A DNA stretch of 64,000 bases, taken from positions 248,001 to 312,000 of the forward strand of contig OX597836.1 of NCBI GenBank assembly GCA_951406725.2, given 5' to 3'. The position numbers and the translations under genes were made by a program. Numbering within the stretch: position 1 is the first letter of the stretch; every line of letters begins with the position of its first letter. A model generated the notes under the pieces. It was not told the origin of the DNA, did not search any database, and was given only the letters and a program-made list of their open reading frames with translations. Below, piece after piece: positions 1-10,202 of this stretch. The stretch comes from Octopus vulgaris. Its lineage: Eukaryota.

Positions 1-66
1 GAGTCACCTAAAGGTTCTTCAGTAGTGACACTAATGATTGTTTCAGGAGAAGCGGTAAGTAGCAGA

Positions 67-263
67 GCCATTTAAAACACACAAAAACTGTTAGATTCAC
101 TTCAGCACTTAATTTTAATTTGTCAAAATATCTTTGTCGCTTTGAAACCGCAACCTGTTCAGACAAAATTTTGTGCTGCATGGAATTTTGTCATATTTTA
201 GTCACGGTTTCAAAGTGACAAAAATATCTTGACAAATTAAATTTTTTTGTGTTTTTAAATAGC
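67..263. repeat. Imperfect fold-back (MITE-like) element in INTS9 intron 2
   Basis: tttaatttgtcaaaatatctttgtcgctttgaaaccg pairs with cggtttcaaagtgacaaaaatatcttgacaaattaaa; outer gccatttaaaacacacaaaaa pairs with ttttttgtgtttttaaatagc. Confidence 0.7.
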
Positions 264-490
264 TTATAAACATCTTCCAAGCTGCAATTGTTTACAATTT
301 TATAATTTTTCTGCTTTCAATCAATTCATTTACAATCCACCTTCATCAACACCATACGCATTAATTCAATACATTCATTTAAAACTGCAGAATCTATCTT
401 TCTTTCTAAGAATGAAAACAATTATAAAGTTGTTAATGAAGTTCTAAGACATGTTAATTGAATTAATTGAACTCAGAATATATTGCCTAC

Positions 491-1321
491 CTAGATATAA
501 CTGGTAAAGGAATGAAGTTCTGCACTTGAGCAATATCTAGCCCACAGTCCATCATGATGTTCACTCCTTTGAACTGTAACACGAAGCAGGGCTTACTGTG
601 GTTACTGGACAAACACATCTGAAATGGTTAACAAATATCAAAAGTAACAGAAAGGAAAATTTAAGATAAAAATATAATGGCAGTTAGTATTATGTAATGA
701 ATAGTTAAAAAAAAAAGGCACTCAGATTGATGGAAAATATCACAATGATTATCTCAAATAAATGCTCCTCAGAAATGTTATATCTTTATTTTCAGGCAGA
801 AAGGTTAGCAGGCCGGGCTTGGCGGTATTTCGTCTGCCGTTACGTTCTGAGTTCAAATTGCGCCGAGGTCGACTTTGTCTTTCATCCTTTCGGGATGCAG
901 TAGCAACAGCAGAAGCAGTAGTTACGCACTGGGGTCGATATGATCGACTTAATCCCTTTGTCTGTCCTTGTTTGTCCCCTCTGTGTTTAGCAGCCCCTTG
1001 TGGGTAGTAAAAAAATAAGAAACGTTATATCTTTATTTTTCTGAGGACCGTAAATTAAAATTGAAAGAAACAGCTGAGATACTGTATACGAATTCGTGCG
1101 AATGTTTTTGGTTTTTCATTTATTTGTGGTTTGGGACAAAAACGAAGAAACGGTCGGGATTCGAAACCGGTAAATACGAATTTCAGTCGAAATTGTTACT
1201 AAACGATAAAAAGTTTTGAAGTTTTGCCTTTAAAACAAACAAAAGTTGACTTGTACAGGTATGTACGATCATAACAAATAAATACCCCAAATAAACAATT
1301 GTCTTAACTTACAAGTTTCAT
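491..1321 (-). CDS. INTS9: Integrator complex subunit 9, 5' part (coding exon 1 1313-1321, exon 2 491-618; gene continues beyond the left edge)
   Basis: ATG AAA CTT|gtaagt then tttcag|ATGTGT...TCTAG|gtaggc gives MKL|MCLSSNHSKPCFVLQFKGVNIMMDCGLDIAQVQNFIPLPVIS, matching the INTS9 N-terminus as I recall it (MKLYCLS...IMLDCGLD...NFLPLPLV; metallo-beta-lactamase fold). Confidence 0.9.
794..1017 (+). mobile_element. tRNA-derived SINE (family A) with ~22-bp target-site duplication
   Basis: B-box-like gagttcaaatt, central gactttgtctttcatcctttcggg, tail gccccttgtgggtagtaaa; flanked by agaaa(t/c)gttatatctttatttt at 771-792 and 1018-1039. Confidence 0.85.
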
Positions 1322-1960
1322 TTTTGAAGATTTTTTCTTCTTCGAATCAGGAAAAATCTTCGGAAAATGTTTTTTTTTCGTCTTTCAAGACATTCAGCGC
1401 CCTCTGTTGTGTGCCGGTGAGAGTCAGCTCCCCTTTACATGAACCGGAAGACGACGGACGAGGCGGTGCTGGCACGGTCGGAGCGTAAAAGAAAGGTCAA
1501 AAAGATTACCAAAAGGAACAACCAGCCGGCGGGTTAATCCATTAATCCAGACCCAGATTTCATCCGATCATCATTTATATTTTTAACTCTCATCCGTTTT
1601 TTCACTCTGTATATAAGAAGCGAGTTGGTGCCCTGAAGGGTCCCTCGTCTGTCCCCTCTTTATGTCCCTTCTATGTAAACCTTTTATAGGTTAATAAAGA
1701 AATATTCGCGAGGAGGACATCGCAAATTTCAGCTGGGCCCAGCACGGATTTCCAAAAATCTACTTTATTTAAATCGCCTTTTACCTTTTATACGACAATT
1801 TGATAATTTCAACTCATGTGAAGAGGAAACCCTGAAGTTTTGCTTTAAAGTAAAGAAGAGAGAAAATAAGGCTGTTGAACAAGTCCAGAACCCCTGGATT
1901 TTGAAATTTTTGTTTTTAACCTTTATTTAATCCAGTAAGTTGCGGTTTGAGAGGTATTTT
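1322..1960. promoter_or_regulatory. Putative bidirectional promoter/5' UTR region of INTS9 and RSAD1
   Basis: CpG-rich stretch between divergent start codons (1321 minus, 2529 plus); ETS-like CCGGAAG at ~1444; candidate plus-strand 5' UTR donor gtaagt at ~1935. Confidence 0.55.
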
Positions 1961-2528
1961 TACCTGTGAAGTATTTACCTGTGTAGTATTTACCTGTGTA
2001 GGAGTTCGAGCGGGCATTTAGAAGTAACTCTCAATACACTACTTTTTTTCCCCTCTGAAAACGACCTGAATGTTATAATTCACGTTCTCTCCTACAATTA
2101 CATATAATTGTTTTTAATTTGCACACATTATCAATTGATTCCTACCGACACTGAATACCTCATTAATAAGTTTACCCCGATTCTTTGTTTTTATCTAATC
2201 TTATTATTTCAGTGCCTATGTCGAGTATTTTCAATATTTTCATGGTTTGTTCCTGTCAGCAACTCTCCACATTCTGCCACGAATTTAATCAGTTATTTCA
2301 CCTAAAGATTTCACTGAAACAATAAAACTTTGCAAACGACCTTGATTAGTAAAAAACAGCCTTTATTCATCTTGATATTTTATATTTCTTTATACTGTCT
2401 AACGATATCGCCGAATTTATTACACGTGTATATTGTGATTTTCTTCACTTTACAATGAAGATCTTTATATTAACTTTACAAAAACCTACTAATATAAGTA
2501 GGTTTTTCAATATTTTGTCCAATTTACG

Positions 2529-3863
2529 ATGAATAATTTTGTTGGTTTTTCGAAATATAAATTTGGATTAAAATTTCCTGGCATATGTCAGCTTTTAAGT
2601 TTACAAATAAAATATTCTACTTCAAATTATTATGAAGATTTTACAAACAGTGCCTCTATTTATGTACACTGGCCTTACTGTGCCAAAAGATGCACGTACT
2701 GCAATTTTAATAAATATATCAATTCCAATGTTAACAACATACGAATGACCGATTCCTTAGTAACCGAAACTAAAGCTTTACTAAAACTTAGTGGAGTAAA
2801 GCAAATAACGTCCATCTTTTTCGGCGGTGGAACACCTTCTCTCGCACCTCCAAGCACTATACAACGTATCATTGAATGTGTAAAGCAGCTGGCAAATCTC
2901 TCCAACCGAGCTGAAATTACACTTGAAGCCAACCCAACAGCATTAGAATTCCAAAAATTGCGCGACTTTAAAACAGCGGGTATCAATAGACTCTCTGTCG
3001 GCATCCAATCAGTAAACGATGCGCAGCTTCGAATTCTTGGCCGAAATCACTCTGCAGCAGAGGCAATTAGATGTGTTGAAGAAGCTATAAATCTTTACAA
3101 AGGAAGCGTTTCGATAGATCTAATTTTTGGAATCCCTGGTCAGACTCTAAAGGATTGGTTGGAAGAATTGAAGAGGACTTTGTGCTTTTGTGATGATCAT
3201 TTGTCCTTGTATCAGTTGATTGTTAAGAGAGGAACTCCACTTTATCATAAAAGATCTAAAGGAATTATGAAGTTTCCTAACGATGATATTTTAGCAGATA
3301 TGTATGAAGAAACAGTAAAAATATTAGAGGAAGAACATTTTTCACGTTATGAAGTGTCAAACTTTGCCCGAAATGGTGCTGAGAGCATCCACAATAAATC
3401 TTATTGGCAAGGTAAGCAGTATATTGGAGTAGGCCCAGGTGCTCATGGCAGGTTTGTTACCAAAGGTCAAAGTCTGGAAGTAGGACATAATTTCCGACAG
3501 GCCCGTATTCAGATACTGGAGCCTGAGCAGTGGATGGCTGCAGTTGAAAGATTCGGACATGGCACAAAAATATCAGTTCCACTATCGTTGAAAGATATTT
3601 TAGAAGAAGGTCTGGTGATGACTCTTCGTACAGATGAAGGTATTGACTGTTCAGAATGGCACCAAAGGACTGGTGTGGATCTACTGAAAATTCTTTTTAG
3701 CTCTGAAACAATTCAAGAGTACATGCTGCAAGAGTTCTTTTCCATAAAAGGAAATCGGTTAAAAGCTACAAAAAAGGGAATACTTGTACTCGACAGACTT
3801 CTTCCTGATTTCATATTAGCCTTGCAACACTACTTTGAATCATTCGAGAAAAATCAAAGGTAA
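2529..3863 (+). CDS. RSAD1: Radical SAM domain-containing protein 1 (HemW-like heme chaperone), probably mitochondrial, single coding exon, 444 aa
   Basis: YVHWPYCAKRCTYCNF (CxxxCxxC), FFGGGTPS, EITLEANP, GINRLSVGIQS, YEVSNFA, HemW-type HNxxYW (HNKSYW), GVGPGAHGR; basic/hydroxylated N-terminal extension; AATAAA at 3957-3962. Confidence 0.95.
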   Translation: MNNFVGFSKYKFGLKFPGICQLLSLQIKYSTSNYYEDFTNSASIYVHWPYCAKRCTYCNFNKYINSNVNNIRMTDSLVTETKALLKLSGVKQITSIFFGGGTPSLAPPSTIQRIIECVKQLANLSNRAEITLEANPTALEFQKLRDFKTAGINRLSVGIQSVNDAQLRILGRNHSAAEAIRCVEEAINLYKGSVSIDLIFGIPGQTLKDWLEELKRTLCFCDDHLSLYQLIVKRGTPLYHKRSKGIMKFPNDDILADMYEETVKILEEEHFSRYEVSNFARNGAESIHNKSYWQGKQYIGVGPGAHGRFVTKGQSLEVGHNFRQARIQILEPEQWMAAVERFGHGTKISVPLSLKDILEEGLVMTLRTDEGIDCSEWHQRTGVDLLKILFSSETIQEYMLQEFFSIKGNRLKATKKGILVLDRLLPDFILALQHYFESFEKNQR

Positions 3864-4171
3864 ATAATTTTAGTAATTTTGTAAGAATCATTATTATATA
3901 ATTGATAATAAGCGACTAGATAAGTGGCTGCATCTGTGGACAAGAATGACCATACAAATAAATATGTATTCCTTACCTTTATTTAATTGTTTATATCTAA
4001 TATATGTTTCAAGGTGTCTGTACATAATGTTGAAGAACTTTTGCTGTGTCTATAGATAGTACTTGAAGATTTACAATATGAAAGACAGAAAATGATTTTG
4101 TTTCTCTACCTTGTTGTGTCTGGAGAGAGTCATTTTCTTTTTGTGCCTTAGAAATAAGAGAAGGCAGTGTG

Positions 4172-4372
4172 CTGGCAGAATCATTAGCTGCTGGACGAAA
4201 TGCTTTGCAGTATTTCACCCGTCACTATGTTCTGAGTTCAAATTCCACCGAGGTCGTCATTGCCTTTTGTCCTTTCAGGGGCGATAAATTAAGTACCAGT
4301 GAAACACTGGGGTCGGTATAATCAACTAGTTCCCCCTCCTCAAAATTCCAGACCTTGTGCCTATAGTAGAAA
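4172..4372 (+). mobile_element. tRNA-derived SINE (family A)
   Basis: gctggcagaatcattagc...gttctgagttcaaattccaccgaggtc...aagtaccagt...cttgtgcctatagtagaaa, same layout as other copies. Confidence 0.8.
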
Positions 4373-6049
4373 AGATGATGTATTCTGAGAGAATTATACA
4401 AGGACAAGTAGCAGGAGGTGAGAGCACATTTTGTGGAGTAAAGTGACAAAGTTCCATGTTGAAAACAAGTTGACTTTGGTGTGGTGTCCAAGCCACCAGT
4501 TCAAATAACCCTGGGCCAAACTTTCCAGATTCTTCAAATTGCAAATTGGTGAGATATTTACATAATCCTTCATTGATGTTTGGTGCCATCACTTGATTCA
4601 TGCTAGTGAATACTGAGGGGCCTGTAAACGTTTACATGCATGCTCTGTTCTCTCAAGGGGCTGGTCATACCTTTTATAGCTTTATGAGCAGGCTGTGGCC
4701 CATAGCAGGAAATTTAAGGTGATTTGAATCTTGTCAAAGACTCACAACACTTTTTATTATATTCTCTTTAATTCTTGTTTTGTTTATGGTTAAGTCAGAG
4801 AAGAAAGGTAGGAACCTGTGACCTTTTTCTGCCGATAGGTGGGTAGAAGGAAAACAGAAATTGGACACCTGGTCCAAATGATTAAACTCCTCTAAAACTA
4901 CACTAATGTCAGCTGGTGATGTTAAACTTAGCAATAGATTAAGGTTATATCCACAAAATTAGTTCAAAATATGGATGTAATTTCAGAGTTTATCAAAGAC
5001 CCTATTCATTTGTAGTTTGGAAGTGAAAAGCTGCAGATATAATTTTTCTTTGCTCCATTTTGTATTATGTGATAAGAGTTAAATAAAAAGGTATGAAAAA
5101 TTTTGTTCAGGTGTAGATGGGTGGTTTGCGAAGCTTGATTCTCAAACATGTGGTCTCAGGTTCAGTCCTCTTGTATGGTTCTTTGAGGGTCTTCTACAAC
5201 AGTCCCTAGACAAACAAAGCCTTTTGAGTAGCTGAGATAGACAACAACTGAAAGAAGACCAGCCACGTGTGTGTGTGGTGTACCTGTCTTGACATCATGC
5301 AATGGTTGTAATTAATTATTACCATAATTACAAGCAATGCTCTTCATTTCCAGTCTGATCATGGGAAATATTAGCTTGCTTAGAAACAGATGAAGGACAT
5401 CTGGCTGAAGAAAATCTTCCTCAAGAAATTCCATCTGATCAAAGCATAGCCTGGAAAAGTGGATGTTAAATGATGATAATAAATGGATAAAATATTCCAG
5501 GGCAAGATATTTCATATCAATAGTGAAAGACTGTTTAATTATCTTTATTTCTCGACATTGGAAAATAAGCTACGAGGTCTTTGTGTTCTGCTTAAACACT
5601 TTTGATGAACCAGGGTTAAAGATTTCTTCATTGGGTGTTTTATTTTCTAACTATGGTATTAAAATTGGTTCAAATTTTGGCAGAGAGCCAGTGAACTCAA
5701 GGGAATAGGTAAGTTGATTACATCAATTCCATTGTTCAACTGATACTTATTTTATCAACCCTGAAAGGATGAGAGGCAAAGTCAATCTCGACAGCATTTG
5801 AACTCAGACCATTACGAGTTCTGCATATGTTATGTCCTGCACAGTGATAATTCTGCCAACTCACCACTTTAATATGGTTTTAGTATTTCTAAGCATAAGA
5901 TTGCAAGTTGACAGAAATAGCTGTGCTTTAATCTACAACTTGCATATAAAATGCATATTTTAATGGTATTCCATATAGTTTTCATTTGGTTTCTCTACAT
6001 TGTGAATTCAATTCTCACCAGAGTCTACTGTTCTGCCTTTGAGGATCAT

Positions 6050-7765
6050 CTCGGGACCACTCATGTCTAGAAACTGAGGTTAGGGGTAAGTAAGGGCATG
6101 CTCCCTGCAGAAAATCCAGCTCTGGAAAAGTCTCATGACAATAGCAAAGAAGCAAGGGCACCTGCCAGCCCAAAGGTTGAGGTGGGCTGCACCTACCTAC
6201 CTCAAAGAGGAAGGTACAAACTCTTATCCTGGGTCACACAAGTATGACTTGCCTTATGATGGCCGACGACCTGAGAAGAAGCTTGGGGTGAAGTTGGGAG
6301 GTTGAAATGTGGGCAGTCTGCATGGAAGGGGAACTGAGATGTGTGAGGAATCGAGGAAGAGGGTGTGGATGTGTGTTGTGTGCAGAAGGTTAGGTGGAGG
6401 AGCCAGGGTGGAAGATTTGTGGTGGTCAAGAAATGGCAAGGGGACTGGAGGTGTGGGAGTTTTGGTCAAGGATGAAATCCGTGAGAAGGTGATGGAGGTC
6501 AGGAGAAAGAGTGAGAGAGGGATGACAATAGTATTAGCATTTGAGGAAGAAGTGGTGAGGGTGATTTGTGGGTTTGCAAAGTGGAAGAGGGATTGCTGAG
6601 AAAGAGCAGTTCTTTGATGGAATGGTAAGTGGGACTTACATAAGATAGATGAACTGGTTTTTGGCATGGGTGGTTTTGATGGACATGTTGGGAAATGGAT
6701 CCAGGGTTTTGAATGTGTGCATGGTAGAAATGGAATTGGGGAGAGAAATATGGAAGGAAGGATGCTGTTGGAGTTTTGCGATGAGGAGTTGTGTGTGGCG
6801 AACACGTGGTTTAAGAAAACAGAGAAAAGGAAGGTGACTTTCAGTGCCGGAGGGAATGAGACAGAAATTGACTTTGTGTTGGTTGGCATAGAAAAAAGAA
6901 AGTATCTGAGAGATGTGAAGACACCAGAGGAGTTGCAGCACAGGTTGGTGGTTGCTGACTTGGATAAGAAGAAAGTTAAAAAGTGTGTGAGAAAGTGAAT
7001 GGTTGAGAGGAGAAAGGTGTGGAGAGTGAAGGAAGAAGAAACAAGAGCAAGGTTTGAGGAGAGAGTTGGGGAGCTGGTAAGCATTGATGCACCGGATTTG
7101 TGGAAGTCTTTTGAGGAAGGGGTAATAAAGGCATGTGACAAAGTGTGTGGAAGGACAAAAGGTAGGAGAGATCAAGGAGATATGTGTGGTGGAAGAAGGA
7201 AGTGAGGGAAGCGGTAGCGAGGAAGAAGGAGGCACACAAAGTTTTATGGAATAACAGGACTGAGCAAATGAAAGCCAGGTATAATAACAGGAAGAATTGT
7301 ACAAAGAGTGTGGTTGCAAGATCTATGAGGAAGGAGGCTGAGGTGAGGTGGAGCAGGCTGGATGAGAACCCAGATCGAGTGTTTAGGCTTATGGAATCAA
7401 TGAAAAAGGATGGAAGAGATGTTGAAGGAGGAAGATGAGTTGTGGGGTGCATAAAGGAGTGAAGTTATTGAAGTATGCAATGAAGATTGTGGAAAGATTA
7501 TTGGAGAGGAGAATTCGGAAAATGATGGATGTGGACAAGATCCAATTTGGTTTTATGCCAGGAAAGTGTACAAGAGATGCAGGGTTCATTGGAAGGAGAT
7601 TACAAGAGAAACACCGAGATGAGGAGGAGTTGTACATGTGCTTCGTTGATCTGTAGAAGGCATTTGATAGGGTTCCAAGGAAGATGATTGAGTGGGCATT
7701 GAGGAAGAGATGTGTACTTGAGGTAATGAGATTGTATGAAGGGATAAAGACAAGAGTTAGATCCG
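6050..7765 (+). mobile_element. Decayed RTE-clade LINE (APE endonuclease plus start of RT)
   Basis: Frameshifted segments GVGVLVKDEIREKVMEVRRKSER, GGFDGHVG, NTWFKK, EIDFVLV, QFGFMPGK, LYMCFVDL*KAFDRVP; several stops and frameshifts. Confidence 0.9.
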
Positions 7766-10025
7766 GCCACCCTCGTTAACAGGGACAAGCCCGAATTTAA
7801 AATATTGGGTATCGACCAGTCAAATACTGGGATTAATTTAATATTTGAAGTGTGAATGGAACTATAGTATGTTCATTCCCCTCATCTCTAACATGTAGAG
7901 ATGGGGGGAATGAATTGTGTATGAGCCATTCAATGTGCAATGTACTAAAAACTACAATCCATTTGTAAGGTATTTCGTCCTTAATGACTATATGCCCTAC
8001 ATTATGACAGAGTTCTTTGAGGTTCTCTCTCTTTAATATATATCATATTGTCTGTAATTACTGTCCCTTTCATATTTCTTTTCTCCCCAAAATCCTAGAC
8101 CTCTACCATCATTTTCTCTGACCAACATAGACGTCCTTCACCTTCCTGCCATTTCAATCACATTTATTTATTTATTCCAATCTCAGAATACTGAGTACTT
8201 AGGGTTAAGGATATATTCTTATTGTTATTATTCAAATCTCTATCACTCCTGCTTCTCACTCTGTAAAGAGATGGAGAAGCAAGCAAAGGGTTGTGAGCTC
8301 CCTTTAGATGTGACAAGGACATGTGCTAGTGTTACAAGAAAAAAGCACCCAGTACACTTTGTAGAATGGTTGGTGTTAGGAAGGGTATCCAGCTATAGAA
8401 ATCTAACCAAGATAAAACACAAGATGACCTTGCTGACCTGTCTAGGGGAAAAGATCCATCCAACTTATGCCAGCATGGACAGTGAATGTAAAATGACAAT
8501 AAATATTCATTCATTGTTTTTAAATGTTCTTTTCCATGCAGGCATTGGTTCAACAAATATATTATTAAAACATCGTTTTACAGGTGGATGCCCTGTCTGT
8601 TGGCAACCCTTATTTTTTAAGTAAGGGATATCTTATTCCACTCATCTTTGAAGGCACAACACCAGCAAATTACTGGCAGGGGAGATGATATCACCATCCA
8701 CAGCAGAGCAGTTTTCAGAGAAATGCAAACACACATACACCTATACTCAGGTTTCTTTCAATTTCCAATTCCATTCACAAAGCTAGATTGGCCTGGAAAT
8801 ATTGAAGACACTTGTCCAAGGTGCCAAGCTGTAGGATTGAACCACAGTTTTTATATATATAGTACACACACACAAAGGACTTCCACAGTCACCATTTATT
8901 ACATTTTAAATTTCACTCACAAGATTTTTAGTCAACTCAAGTCCATGATAGACCAGCTTAAGTTGTTGTTCAGCTTGTTTGAATCTGGCTTCTGGAGCCC
9001 CTCCTACATCTCCCACATCCGGATATTTCCCATCATCAGCAACCCAGCCCTTGTTCTTCACTCATTGCACTGACCCTTACCTCCGCCAGTTTATTCCCTC
9101 CTCACACTCTTATGAAAGTATCCACTCTCATCCCCTCCCATGATCCATAGTCCTTGTCATCTCTGAAGCTCACCTTCTTTTATTCCTTGAGATTTTGCTG
9201 TAGCACCCCATCACTACCTTCCACTTATCTCCTTCAGCCACATACTCCTTCTATAGCAAGACACCTGAGCTTGTTCCTCTGTCATACTTTAGCGTTTCAA
9301 TACAGCCACAGATCTCTACCATCCCTTCTCAAATATTTGTTCTTTTCTGTCTTACAAGTTACATCGCAACCTCACTAGAGTCAGTGGCATGAAAAAACAA
9401 AAGACCCAGTACACCATGTTATTTGGTTGGCATTAGGAAAAGCATCCAGCCATAGAATCATGCCAAAGATGACATTGGAGACTAGTTCCCTGCCAAACCA
9501 TCCTACCTATATCAGTATGGAAAGCAGATGATGATAATGATGCATTACACTAATGAAGGATACTCTATATGGTGGTTCTGCCTTCAAGAAATAGCAGGCA
9601 AATCACCATCAAAGATTTATCATGTTAAAAAAGAAAACGAAAACATAGGTCAAGGCTGTAGCAGCTTTCATTACAGGTTTGCTCAACCTAAGACTCAAAA
9701 TCAAAAATCACCAAGAACTGCAGACATCCCAGTTCATGTGTGAGTTTGAAATCTTAGAGTGAGTTGTATATATGTGTGTGTTGTGAATTCTTTCTCTCTA
9801 CCCTCTCACTTCCTCCCTAACTAACTCTCTCTGAAGATGTTTAAATTCCAGGTAGAACTCACATAAAGTGAAAACAATGTCTCAAAGAATGAAGTCAAAA
9901 CATTAGGTAACTAAGAATAAATATATGATTATTTACTTTAAAAGGTTTTAATAAAATACCACTGAGTGTGTATATATATATGTAAGTACACACACACATA
10001 CATTCTCAAGTATGCATGTTATATA

Positions 10026-10202
10026 TCAGAGAACGGATGATGTCGAATCTGTGTCTCTTGTCCTGGTGGCTTCCATTTCATCTTGGTTTTTACGCAAAAA
10101 CCTTTTCATAATTTTTTCTTCCATTTCTGCATAATCTTCAGCAAACAATGTTTTCAAGGGAACATTGAGGTGTGGCAAAAGTGGTAAATCTGACAGTGAT
10201 AC
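10026..10202 (-). CDS. ELAC2: ELAC2 coding exon 21 (terminal)
   Basis: [30 protein letters not shown]...SSVL*. Confidence 0.9.
   Translation of the reverse strand, partial: VSLSDLPLLPHLNVPLKTLFAEDYAEMEEKIMKRFLRKNQDEMEATRTRDTDSTSSVL

Noticed and set aside
1-60. INTS9 exon 3 at the window edge
   Set aside because: The candidate acceptor (tttag at 8-12, minus strand) gives an immediate in-frame stop, so exon 3 must lie outside the window.
2529-3863. Bacterial hemN/hemW contamination or recent horizontal transfer
   Set aside because: It has animal-type RSAD1 motifs, an N-terminal extension and a poly(A) signal, and is continuous with flanking eukaryotic repeats and genes.
6254-7452. Long minus-strand ORFs (295, 227 and 158 aa) as genes
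   Set aside because: They are antisense shadows of the purine-rich RTE LINE on the plus strand, with S/L/F/P-biased composition.
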